A DNA stretch of 54,021 nt from Salisapilia sapeloensis CBS 127946 (Eukaryota > Protista > Oomycota). The stretch's first letter is position 1; every line of letters starts with the position of its first letter. Under the pieces are notes generated by a model. The model worked only from the letters and a program-made list of their open reading frames with translations, made no database searches and was not told the DNA's origin. Shown piece by piece: positions 44,250-54,021 of this stretch. Location of the stretch: positions 1 to 54,021 of the forward strand of contig JAADVB010000117.1 in assembly GCA_023334545.1 (NCBI GenBank). Direction: 5' to 3'. Made by a program: the position numbers and the translations under genes.

Positions 44250-45091
44250 CATAGAGTAAGTAAGGATGCAATACAGACAAGACGATTTTCAGATCGATTG
44301 GGCCCTCTTTATCTGGGTCTACAAGGTCGTGGTAGCCTGCCAGTGCGGGTGGAAGAGAAACAGTAACTTGGACTCGACAATATGATCTCTGGTAGTGCAA
44401 TTAACAAGAAACAAAGATGGAGTGAAGACTGGCAGTACTGATCTTGTCCTGGTCTACGATGCTTTTTGCTTCCCATGCATCGTTTAAATACCTATGACAA
44501 CCTTGTATAGGCTCAAGACTCGACAGTGCAGCCCACAACGAAGACAGTTGGAAGAAACGCATTGATCTTGTGCGATCATCTTGAGCGTCGAAGTGAAAGG
44601 TGTTGGATTAATCAGGTCATCGATGTCACTAAAGGTACCACAGTCTAGAGTAACCTCGGATTCCACCAAATAGAAGATAAATGTATCCGGTCATTTCGCT
44701 TCCCGCTGCTTGACCTTTTGTGATGCTCTACTCAGATCTGGGCTCATCAAGTCCCGGCACGACTACTATATAGCATGAAACCCCAGAATCTAGAAACTCA
44801 TGAACAACAATACATTTCTACTCATTCCCGGATTTGCTCCTAAACTCCGACTTCCAACTTCTCTCTCAACCCAATCGTCCAAGACAAGGTAGCTACGGGG
44901 GCATAGCTACTTTGGAAAGCTCTCTAAATTGACGGAATCTTTTGCTGCAACGTTGGGTTGACCAGCTCTGATTGAAGGAGACCAACCGTAGCAGGGCGTG
45001 CGACAGAAAACAACATATATTGTGAGTCTATGTGATCAAAGAAACCATATCCCTTTCATTCGAACTTTTGCAGTCAGAACTAAACGTCACG

Positions 45092-47098
45092 ATGGGGATT
45101 AAAGGACTTGAAAGCTACATTGCGAAGAAAGTTGATCACTCGTATCTTCATACGTTTTCACAGGATACCAGGCGAGATGACGACTATAAGAACACGCTAG
45201 CTGTCGATTTCGATGGTTTCATCTACTGGGTGTGCAGAAGGCTTTGCGATAGCAATGGTATTGAGCAAAACCAGTTATCATCAGGAGCATGGATTCTATT
45301 TGGCGGATGCCTCGACTACTTGGAAGCGTGGTTGACGGATTGGATTGAGACACTTCACAAAAAGAAGGTGTCGCTTGTGTTTGTGAGAGATCCACCCAAG
45401 TGCTTTGGTGGTTGCCTGGAAGATCATCGCAAGGGAAAAACGCATCAAATGCGTAGGAAGGAGAGTAAAGAACGAGCTGACAAAGTAATGAGAAAAGTGT
45501 TCAATTGGGAAGTAAACCTCGTGGATGCGGAAACTGAGATAGAGTTATATGATGAGCTTCGGTCATCAAGCACCATGATACCCTCTGCGCACGAGAGAGT
45601 GGTGGCTGTACTTCGTAAATTCGATATTAAGATCGAAGTGGCAGAACGAGAGGCTGATGAAACTCTAGCTCAGAAGGTGCGGTCGAAAGAAGCTTTTGCT
45701 ATCCTTGGTGAAGACTCCGACTTCTACTGCATGAAGGACGTATCCTACATTCCTTTCGCGAAGTTATCGGTTCCGACAAGCGAATCTGCCGACAACGTGA
45801 CTGCTCATGTGTACTCTTCCGACTCCCTCGCCAAAAAATTCCGCATTAAACCAAATCAATTGGTTGACCTCGCGATCGCTCTTGGCAATGATTATAGCAA
45901 CTCACTGGACGACTACGAACCCAACTTTTCTGTTCGAATGAAACTCCCATTTTTGAAAAGAGGAAAAGAGGTAGAGGGTGCTGTCAAGTGGATCAAGGAC
46001 AAGAAATCGAACGGAGAAAAAGACTGTATTTACCAGAATCCGCGCATGCGAGGCTTTAAGAGAAACTCGAATCTTATGACTGCTCTTTATGAAATCTATC
46101 GCTTCTACGGTCAGGGGGATGAATTTTTGAAGACTCTTGCCGATAAATCAGTCATAAAGCCAAAGGCGATGGGGGAAGAAAGACGGCAGAAGTATACTAC
46201 TCTGATTGAAGAATCCGGCTACAGCCCTATGCTGTGTGATATCCACCAGACCAAGCAACGTGTGCTACCAACAGGAATTGACCCACTAAGTGTCAAGACC
46301 GAGACTACTTTCGAAAGTGTTTGTTCAGGAGTTTGGAAACTTCTGTATGCAGCACTTGAGCTTGACAGCGTATCTGAAATCGATCCGCTTGGTGGCATAC
46401 CGAAGACTGTCACTGTCGAACCTTACTCTTTTCTATCTGACTTCTTGACGACCCGGTCCGACCGCAAGTCAGAGGAAGATGTCTCGAATATCTTGAAAGA
46501 TCTGGTCTCCAGTTTGGAGTCTGTTGATAGAGAGCAAATCGAAGATGTAAAGGTGGCTGTTGGCGGTATGGAGATGACTCCTTGCAGCCATATTGCACTC
46601 TGCACTGTCATATACGCGCTTTTAATTCTCCAAGGTAGTGGTGCGGTAAAAGTGAACGTGCAATCGGTTCTTACACGCAAACGCATGGATGCCTTGTTGC
46701 TGACAGCTCTCACTTGCCTCCATTTGAAACCAGTTCAAAAGCGCTTCCAGTCTGATGATGAAAGAGGGGTCGTCGTATCAATCAAAGACGTGTGTTGGGG
46801 AGACTGTGCCGTGGGTCTTACCTATGCCCATATCATTCAAACAATGGGATCTTTGCGGACAGTCCTTGGAGAGCCGATTGACACTGACGGAGGATCGTTG
46901 ACATACTATTCGGCCGTCATATTCACCAAGTTACTGGTGCGGACATCCGAATTGGACCCATCGAAGAGATTTGAACCGGCTCTTGTCCAAGAAGTAGTGA
47001 CAGCCTATAAGGATGATTTGAAGGTTTCGCCAAACATTTTGGTCAAATTATTTGAGGATATGCGAGGCTTGCTAGAGCCAAAAGCCCGGGTAGCGTAG
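45092..47098 (+). CDS. FEN1-like PIN-domain protein, asteroid/FAM120-like, single exon
   Basis: MGIKGL start, LAVDFDG, LVFVRD, EREADETLA, ILGEDSDFY and LAIALGNDY match the XPG/FEN1 acidic active-site pattern, followed by a long helical C-terminus. Confidence 0.8.
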   Translation: MGIKGLESYIAKKVDHSYLHTFSQDTRRDDDYKNTLAVDFDGFIYWVCRRLCDSNGIEQNQLSSGAWILFGGCLDYLEAWLTDWIETLHKKKVSLVFVRDPPKCFGGCLEDHRKGKTHQMRRKESKERADKVMRKVFNWEVNLVDAETEIELYDELRSSSTMIPSAHERVVAVLRKFDIKIEVAEREADETLAQKVRSKEAFAILGEDSDFYCMKDVSYIPFAKLSVPTSESADNVTAHVYSSDSLAKKFRIKPNQLVDLAIALGNDYSNSLDDYEPNFSVRMKLPFLKRGKEVEGAVKWIKDKKSNGEKDCIYQNPRMRGFKRNSNLMTALYEIYRFYGQGDEFLKTLADKSVIKPKAMGEERRQKYTTLIEESGYSPMLCDIHQTKQRVLPTGIDPLSVKTETTFESVCSGVWKLLYAALELDSVSEIDPLGGIPKTVTVEPYSFLSDFLTTRSDRKSEEDVSNILKDLVSSLESVDREQIEDVKVAVGGMEMTPCSHIALCTVIYALLILQGSGAVKVNVQSVLTRKRMDALLLTALTCLHLKPVQKRFQSDDERGVVVSIKDVCWGDCAVGLTYAHIIQTMGSLRTVLGEPIDTDGGSLTYYSAVIFTKLLVRTSELDPSKRFEPALVQEVVTAYKDDLKVSPNILVKLFEDMRGLLEPKARVA

Positions 47099-47514
47099 GG
47101 TGGGTGCGGTTGGAGTGGCAACGAGAGCAATATGTGTTTCATTTATCCAACTCGGTAATTTTCGTTAGTTTTATTGCTCAGGCTAGTCTACTCTACCTCT
47201 GTTATCGTCGGTGCTGGCAAAGTTGAGCGAGGGTAGATTGGCACCGGTCATGTTGAAGTTTCCATATCATCTCAATCTTCTACGGTCACTTGGATGATCT
47301 GGCGCTCAAGCACTAACGAAGACATCAGAGGCGGAAACCAACGTCTTTGGGACAAGTTGGCAACTACTCCCGACCCGGATGACTCTGGCAGCGTATAAAA
47401 CCCGCATACTACAGTGAAATCTCGTCGTTGTCTCCAACGGCAAGCGCAGATTACGCTTTAGCTAAATGTACCTCTGCCTTTTGCAGCAACTTTAGCAAAT
47501 CTGCAAGCTGCGAG

Positions 47515-48668
47515 ATGCCTCTGTTCCTAGCCAATTTAGCTCTTTCATCCTACTTTCTGGCTCTGTGCTATGTGCTAGCGACCGTGGCCTGCGTCAATCG
47601 CCTGCTGTCCATACGCAGAGTTGTGAATACGGAAGACCACCGTCGACGCCGAGGTGGATGGAGCACCGTGCAGCTCCTGCTGCTGAGTCTGTCGCTCGGC
47701 TGCCTCTTTCGAACAGCCACATTCTCCACGCTGTGTATCTTTGACTCTCTTTCAGGACACGAGTTTCCAAGTAGTGGGGAACACAACCCAGGTGTGTATC
47801 GACCGAACGAGTGGAGAGACAATGGCGAGCCGAGCGAAAAGGATCTTGACTTTTACAATCAGGTGGTGGCGGTGCTCTTCAACCTGCCTGATTTCCTCTT
47901 CGTGTCATCCTACGCTCTCCTGGTGCTCGTATGGGCCGAAGCCTTCCAGTCAGTATGTACAAACCATGCAATGCATGTTGACATGAGAGTAATTGAGTGC
48001 TGCATAGAGTCGTCGTCACTGGTTCTCGGCCGAGGCCTTTCGTCGGCGCTGGATGATCTTCTACCTCATATTCAACGGAGCTCTGTATTTAACGCAGATG
48101 GTATTGTACGCCATGCTGTTTCTGGATGGAGAAGCAGGTATTTTTACAGATGAAGACCAAAATCACCTGCGACTGGTACGTCTACAGTTGACACTAGTTT
48201 TGATAAAAGATTAAGCAAGTGCGTAGGTCCCTTCCTTGATCTTTGACGTCGTCGCCGCCATGGATCTTCTCCTCCCACTAGTCATCTTTTGCGCCTGGGT
48301 CTACCTGACACTCAGTCTCTCGGGCTTTCCGTCTAAGTCGACTTCAGCTAGGAACCGACTGCGGCGTGTCGGCCACGTCACTCTGGCCTGGAGTCTCGCC
48401 CGCATCGTCTACAGCGTCCTGACGCTGCTCACGTTCACTCAGGTATGCACTTTGATCCCTTCGACTCGTGCTCCTATCTATACTGATCGTGCCCTAGGGC
48501 TGGTTCAACGTGAACCGAGGGAGCCTGACTCTCCAGTCGATGCTGCTGGTAGTCATCTTCCTCAGCACAGAGCTGCTTCCGATCGCCCTGACGCTGGACT
48601 CGAAACTCGTGGTGCTGCTGTCGCTGGAGGAGAGCGACCCGAGCCTCGAGTCTCAGATTGGTAGTTAA
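47515..48668 (+). CDS. TOM1/TOM3/THH1-like (DUF1084) seven-TM protein, 4 exons
   Basis: WSTVQLLLL and LFNLPDFLFVSSYALLVLVWAEAFQS resemble the plant TOM1-family WTTQK and LFDLPGLLFFSTYTLLVLFWAEIY motifs. Three phase-0 GT-AG introns give an open frame to TAA 48666-48668. Confidence 0.75.
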
Positions 48669-48716
48669 CGTAGGACAAAGCAAGTCGTAAGAAATGGATG
48701 GTTTCACATTATCAAG

Positions 48717-49853
48717 TCACGAGGAAAACTGAAACAGAGGTCGGACCACGAGCGACTCCCAGTCCACTAGTTGGAAGAAACTCTCGAGCATTGGCAATCG
48801 GTTCCCGGCCACCGCAGACGTGCTCCCGTACTTGCCTTTGATCTGCAGCGTAAACCCACTCGCTTTTCTTGTGAACGTCCACAGAGACACTTCGTCTGTC
48901 CACACGAGATGCTGTGCGTCCGAGGCTGGCGGCGGAAGGCTTTTGGTCAGAATGCCGAAGCTGTTCTGGTCTAACGAGACTCGACACACGAGAGTGAGGG
49001 CATGCCGGGGGAAGCTCTCGCCCGTGAACTGGTGAATGTGTCTCGTCAAGAACATGCTCTCGTCCACTTTCTTGATCACGACGAACTTGGTGCGTCGACG
49101 GAAGAGCTCTTGCTGGACGTTTTCGTCGTGAAAGTAGCGCCAGGTGCTGTCGACGATCTGCTGCATGTCGTGCGAGTCGTCAAAGTCCTTTTCGGAGCTC
49201 ATGTGGAGGTACATGGCCTGGGCCTCTCGCCTCGTCCGCCACCCAATGTACTGCTCACCTTCCGACGATCCGCTGACGTCATACGCACGCATCTCTTCCA
49301 GCGCCTCTCGAGTCGTCTTCTGCAGCTCTGAGACGGTCGGTGGCTTGACGTTCTTTAGAAACTGCAAACTATCCGTCGAAGGCTAAGCGTACGTCGTTAG
49401 CAGATTACATGGTTGATAATTGGTATGGACGTACGGGCATGGCTTGCTGAACTTTTTCAGCAAAACGCTGACGCTTGCGGTTCTCGTTCAGTAGAAACTC
49501 CTTTTGGCGACGAAGGCACTTGGTCAGTTCCATGACTTCGACATACTTTTCGATCTTACTACTACGCTCTACGGACAAAGACGACGTGGATGGGTCCTGC
49601 TGCGACCGAGCGGCAATTCGATTCGACAGCACGCTTTCCAATCGCACGATCTCGTTCCTCATTTGGTCATTGTCTCCCTAGTAGCCATATTTAGTCATCT
49701 AGCGAAACGCAGTGAAAAGGAGTGAATTACGTTTCCGTTCTTCGAGTATGGGCGGACGGCATAGGAAGAGGAGTTGTTGTTGTTGCTGCGTGTGGATGAC
49801 GTGGAGGGGCTCGTTGGCGGCGGTAGCGTCAGCGCAAAGGACTCGGCGCTCAT
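48717..49853 (-). CDS. Oomycete M96-like protein (coiled coil plus START-like domain), 3 exons
   Basis: Ser/Pro-rich start, coiled coil (QMRNEIVRLESVL...LLNENRKRQRFAEKVQ), then a START-like region (YIGWRTRR, IVDSTWRYF, VIKKVDESMFL, VWTDEVSLWTF). Two phase-0 introns. Confidence 0.65.
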
Positions 49854-51457
49854 CTCCAACTCCGGTTTTTCTGGTTCTGTCTCGCACCCGCCGACATTCA
49901 ATCTCATATAAATGTATAATTTGTGCTTGTGGTCCAATTTAATAGTTCTCCTGCATGTTAAATCCGGTGACAAGTACGGTACCTTGGTTGTGCCAGTGTA
50001 CGCTGCCTGCAAATGCAAGTCGAGTTTTGCCGATACCTTGGAGCTGACAGGCATCAAGGAAAAGATAGATCGAATTTGAAAAAGTTGTTGGAAGATGCAT
50101 TCTTAATAATGCTAACACAGCGAATGTTTCTACCTAGAATTTTATATGTAGGTTGATGTTTTTGACACATGGGCAAAACGCATCAGATCTGGTCATTCCT
50201 CGATGCCGATGTATAGACAGTAGTTGTCTGGTAAAAGGTAGATTGTCCATAAGGACTTTGCTCGCAGTATAACCACTTACTAGCTTTCATTAGGTGGCTT
50301 TTAATTATTATTTTACTTTCGTTTTGTCCCTCCACCTCCAAATTGCGCCACATCAGTCTCGTCATCTTCCAGACGCCTGACTACATTTATCAATCTTGCT
50401 CGGCGGAAATCTACGATGACTAGTATGCACTAAATCCGGTCGATCATTGTGGTTGGACTCACTGTTACCTCCTTTCTAACTGCATCTGTTGGAATATCAA
50501 GTCTGAGCTTCAGAAGGGAAATCGGAGAGTGATTCATTTATCCTTTAATATGCAAATATAGAATACGCATTCGGTCCATGTGATGACTGCTTCAACAGTA
50601 GTATCGAGTGTCCAGATTGTTGAGTCGTCCTGGCTCCTTTGATGCGCCAGATCTGGGTCTGATGTCATCTTGGGAGATCACGAGGGGCTCCAAGGAACTG
50701 CTTACTCCAACAGCATCAAATTGTCGCGGACAGTGTGGCAGCAGTGCGTACTGCAAGGAAAAGCACAGTGGCACTTCCACTAGCTCTTCTACTTCGTCGA
50801 CTTTGCCAAGTATACATGCCAAAAGCGATCCGAAAGCTTACATCGTTTTATATTGAAGTTGAATGGCATGCCAAAAGCTCTTTTTGAGAAATACCTCGAT
50901 GTCGGATCTCACAAAAGTGCTCGCGTGTTGGCGGTCTACATACCCAAGTGAAGTGTTTAATTTGGCAGACGGTCTGCTAGACTGAAGCACAGAAACTCGG
51001 GATTCGAACGTGGAAGAGCGAAGATGGGCGAGGGCATGGGCGACGACCGCCGCCACCAGTACGCCTCAGATCCGCTCACGGGTAAACTACTAGTCTATAT
51101 GCTCGCTGCGATTCTCGACACTGCCCGCGAGACTCGACGTGGCGAGTGGCGTACTGTGAAGCGACGTGCAATCTGATCCTTTGTTCCGCCGAGTAGAAAT
51201 GACCGAACTGGATGGCATGGTCTCGTACAGGAACCTCAAAGACGGTAGTCACGGCCCGACTCGGCAATATCCGTGTGGAAGTGGCGATCAGGACTGGGAT
51301 GGAGGCTACATACGTCGCCAACCGCAGGTAGGACCACTCCTTTACGATTGATTGGAAGACAGTTGCTGACTCATGTACTCGGAACAAGCAGCGGGTCATG
51401 CGGAATGACCGGACGCCGTTAAATACTCCCTACACGCCCCAATTGGCCTCTCTCCAC

Positions 51458-51993
51458 ATGAGTGGCCACGAAGAGTTTTATGATGAGGCAGAGGAGGATG
51501 GACGAACGATCGCCCAGAGCATCGGACACGGCGCTGGCATCGTCGCGTCCACACTCTCTGCTCCTGCCCGATCCATTCGGTACGACGCCTACACTTAAAA
51601 TTCAAATGTCTCTTACAGAGTGTATCGCAGGCAGGTCGTGTCAGCACTCGTGAGCCTCGTGCTTCCGCAGCGACTAGTCCAGTCGCCTCTTTACCAAAAG
51701 GTACCTCTCTTCAGATTTGTTTATCTGCTGATATAATCACAAAACTGTTTTAGTACGGAGTGCGGATGGAGTGGTGCGTCTCGTGCATTGTGTGCATCCC
51801 ATTTCTGCTGCTCTTGAGTCCGTTCTGCATCGCCATCTGCATCTCGTCGACGCCAATCTGGATCGCCATGGTCCTCATCCTGCTCATCCGCCGTCTCCTT
51901 CCGAGCAACTTGCCTCTGGGGGAGGAGGATATGTCGATGGACATGTCGAGTCCGATGGCGTACCGACGGCAGGAGATGCCGCACCGACCGTAG
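51458..51993 (+). CDS. Small membrane protein with a long hydrophobic hairpin; join(51458..51579,51619..51700,51754..51993), 147 aa
   Basis: Two GT-AG introns (39 and 53 nt) give an open frame from MSGHEEFYD through WCVSCIVCIPFLLLLSPFCIAICISSTPIWIAMVLILLIRRLL to TAG. Confidence 0.6.
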
Positions 51994-52078
51994 CTCTTTG
52001 CATTTGTTTTTCTCTTCATTTCGAATGTCGTGTCGGACAGTTTAGTCGGAGGGTAATGAATCAACTTGTATTTGCCAT

Positions 52079-53452
52079 TTAAGGGTCCAGGGGATACGCG
52101 TCTTCATCTGGCGTCGGTAGGATCTCCAGCACAGAGCCTAGAAAGTCAGAGATGGGCGTCTCGGAGGGTCGCCGCGGGAACAGATCTGTTCTGGTCATGG
52201 GCGTCGCGCGCAAGTACTTTGGGTCGAAAGCGTTGAAGAGAGCGTCTAGGTTTTTCGATTTGGAAGGACTGCGAAGGAACTCGAGTGCCGAGAACGTGAA
52301 CTTGTCGATGAGCGCTACGCCGAGCTGAATGCATGGAATAAGATACACGTAAATGGATAGAGAAAGGTATTTCGTACTTCTGGGTCAGAATGAGCTGCGT
52401 ACGAGTCTTCATGTGGTTGGGAAGAACCCAGCGCAACGACGTTTGGGGACGTGATGGCAGGAAAAAGAGATCCTGCGTGGCACGTGTCGACCATGAGAAA
52501 GAGTTCATGGTATCTACATTAAATAACTCTAAGTACTGCTTAAAAGAGTACGAACAGGAAACGAAGGGACCGATTTTTAACATGCATCTCGTGGATGGCG
52601 TCGGCAATGTCCTGACTCGAGATCTCTTCAAAGTCCTGCTGCAGCGTCAGTCGGATGATTTCTCTAGATTACCATTCAACTCGTACCTGAAACTTTAAAA
52701 AGTCTTCTCCACCATGACCAGTAAGATAGACCTAGGACGATACAAGAGATGAACATTACAAGCACAACTGCTGGCGCATGAGAGTATAGGCATACAAAGA
52801 CGTTGCTGTTGCCATCCGAATCGAGTTTCTTTGACGATGGTGTGTTCGGCTGGTGACGGCCTATACTGCCGGATGAGTTGAATGCAATATAATTCTGTAG
52901 CTTGCTGTTCACCTGTGAGGACGGTAATGAGGTTGTCGACGCTGACCTCGGCCCCACGGTAGTCCACTTCGACATTCTTTCCATAGCTATATGCAGCCCA
53001 ATATTAGATACACTACCAAATAAAGTCTAGGGACATATGCACACAGGTTGAGTTGGCTTTCTTCCGATCGAACGTTAAAGGTTTGGCCTGGAATGCAGTT
53101 GCGAGCGTTGCAAGGGACTTGATCGCCGAGCATCATGATGATCTACTTGACACGCATTTTAGCTTTAAGTGAGACTTTGCTTCAAGCACTGCACAAGACC
53201 TGGTTGTCAGGAATCCCCATCTGCTTCACAGAGTGATAGAGGGAAAGCGTGTTGGCAACATGCCGGTAGTTTCCCCAAAAGCGTGATGTGTCCACCTGCG
53301 TACAGTACCACCTTAGGAGACAACTAAGCATGAATACAGAATCGTGAGCGCACCAGCACTGCCCAGTTATTCGTGTGTCTACTTCCACGGTCTTCTGCAT
53401 GCACGAATACGACCAGATACGTCAAGAGAGCAAATACCGTAAGATGCCACAT
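52079..53452 (-). CDS. GPI8: GPI-anchor transamidase catalytic subunit (peptidase C13), 8 exons
   Basis: Signal peptide, HTNNWAVL-VDTSRFWGNYRHVAN, YGKNVEVDYRG, catalytic His in VYLTGHGGEDFLKFQ and catalytic Cys in MVDTCHAGS. Stop at 52079. Confidence 0.93.
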
Positions 53453-53535
53453 CTCGTCTCTTTTGGTCTCTCTTATGTGTGGTTTGGTCAGAAATAGTAA
53501 CTATATATAACTTATGAAGCGTCGAAGTTACTAGT

Positions 53536-53619
53536 GGTATCTTGCCCGAGTGGTCTAAGGGGGCGGACTTAAGATCCGCTAGACATTTGTCTGCGTGGGT
53601 TCAAACCCCACAGATACCA
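53536..53619 (+). tRNA. tRNA-Leu (anticodon TAA), long variable arm, no intron
   Basis: Acceptor stem GGTATCT/AGATACC plus discriminator A, D-arm with GAGTGGTCTAAGG, anticodon arm GCGGA-CTTAAGA-TCCGC, variable arm AGACATTTGTCT, T-arm GTGGG-TTCAAAC-CCCAC. Confidence 0.96.
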
Positions 53620-53624
53620 TTTTT
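53620..53624 (+). terminator. RNA polymerase III terminator (T5)
   Basis: TTTTT immediately follows the tRNA discriminator base. Confidence 0.75.
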
Positions 53625-53670
53625 GCTTGAATTAAATGTGCCTATTTTACACTGTACGATACGGAGCTAA

Positions 53671-53850
53671 TAGGGGATGTCAAACCTGCCAAAAAGTGCC
53701 TCATTTTTCGGCTCTATTGATCTTATTTGGAGACTGACTGATTCAATTGCGCTCGAAATAAAACTTCTGATATTTTAGGTCTGTGCCCGATTGTTTGGCA
53801 ATTAGACACCTCAGTATATTTTGCAACAGTAGCAGGTTTGACACCCCCTA
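53671..53850. mobile_element. 180-bp MITE-like element with 19-bp terminal inverted repeats
   Basis: Left end TAGGGGATGTCAAACCTGC (53671-53689) versus the reverse complement of the right end TAGGGGGTGTCAAACCTGC (53832-53850), 18/19 identical. The interior is AT-rich and non-coding. No 8-bp TSD is seen, and the terminal TA could itself be a TA TSD. Confidence 0.7.
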
Positions 53851-54021
53851 ATGACGCTATTGTCCTTTATCTTTTGATATATAGCAAAGACGACTGTTCC
53901 TCTTGATCGCTAGCGAGGGAGACCCATAGCTGTCACATATAATAGATATACCTTAACAGTGGAAACTTATAGAAAATGTCGATATCGTATTGTAATAAAG
54001 GCTTCAAATCAGTACCTATTG

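Noticed and set aside
44300-44800. Short minus-strand ORFs between XK paralog 2 and the PIN gene
   Set aside because: Could not be joined into a coherent model and contain no recognisable motif.

Overview
Eukaryotic, intron-rich genomic DNA, most likely from an oomycete (stramenopile), judged from a PX-PH phospholipase D, an M96-like protein, an FBT/MFS-like membrane protein and short GT-AG introns. Recognisable genes include PLD, syntaxin-18, a SNAP-25-like SNARE, an ABC-class ATPase, RNA polymerase III RPC1, an AGC kinase, a FEN1-like PIN protein, a TOM1/TOM3-like protein, GPI8 and tRNA-Leu(TAA). The most striking structure is invisible in the ORF track. Region ~11.1-16.9 kb is one old, essentially spacer-less palindrome centred at 13798-13801. 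Its two arms carry a head-to-head pair of signal-peptide-bearing leucine-rich-repeat genes (15 and 18 exons by manual splicing). Almost every internal exon encodes one LRR, every intron is phase 2, and every internal exon length is a multiple of 3. Parts of the non-coding centre are better conserved between the arms than the LRR exons are, and one gene carries an extra four-exon module. Other notable items are a SNAP-25-like protein with an EEA1/rabenosyn-type zinc finger and a beta-trefoil-like tail, an RGG-tagged MRB1590-like ATPase head-to-head with RPC1, an inverted pair of XK-like genes, a GPI8 with no transmembrane tail, and a MITE beside the tRNA. All gene models and identities were derived by hand. 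No database search was run.
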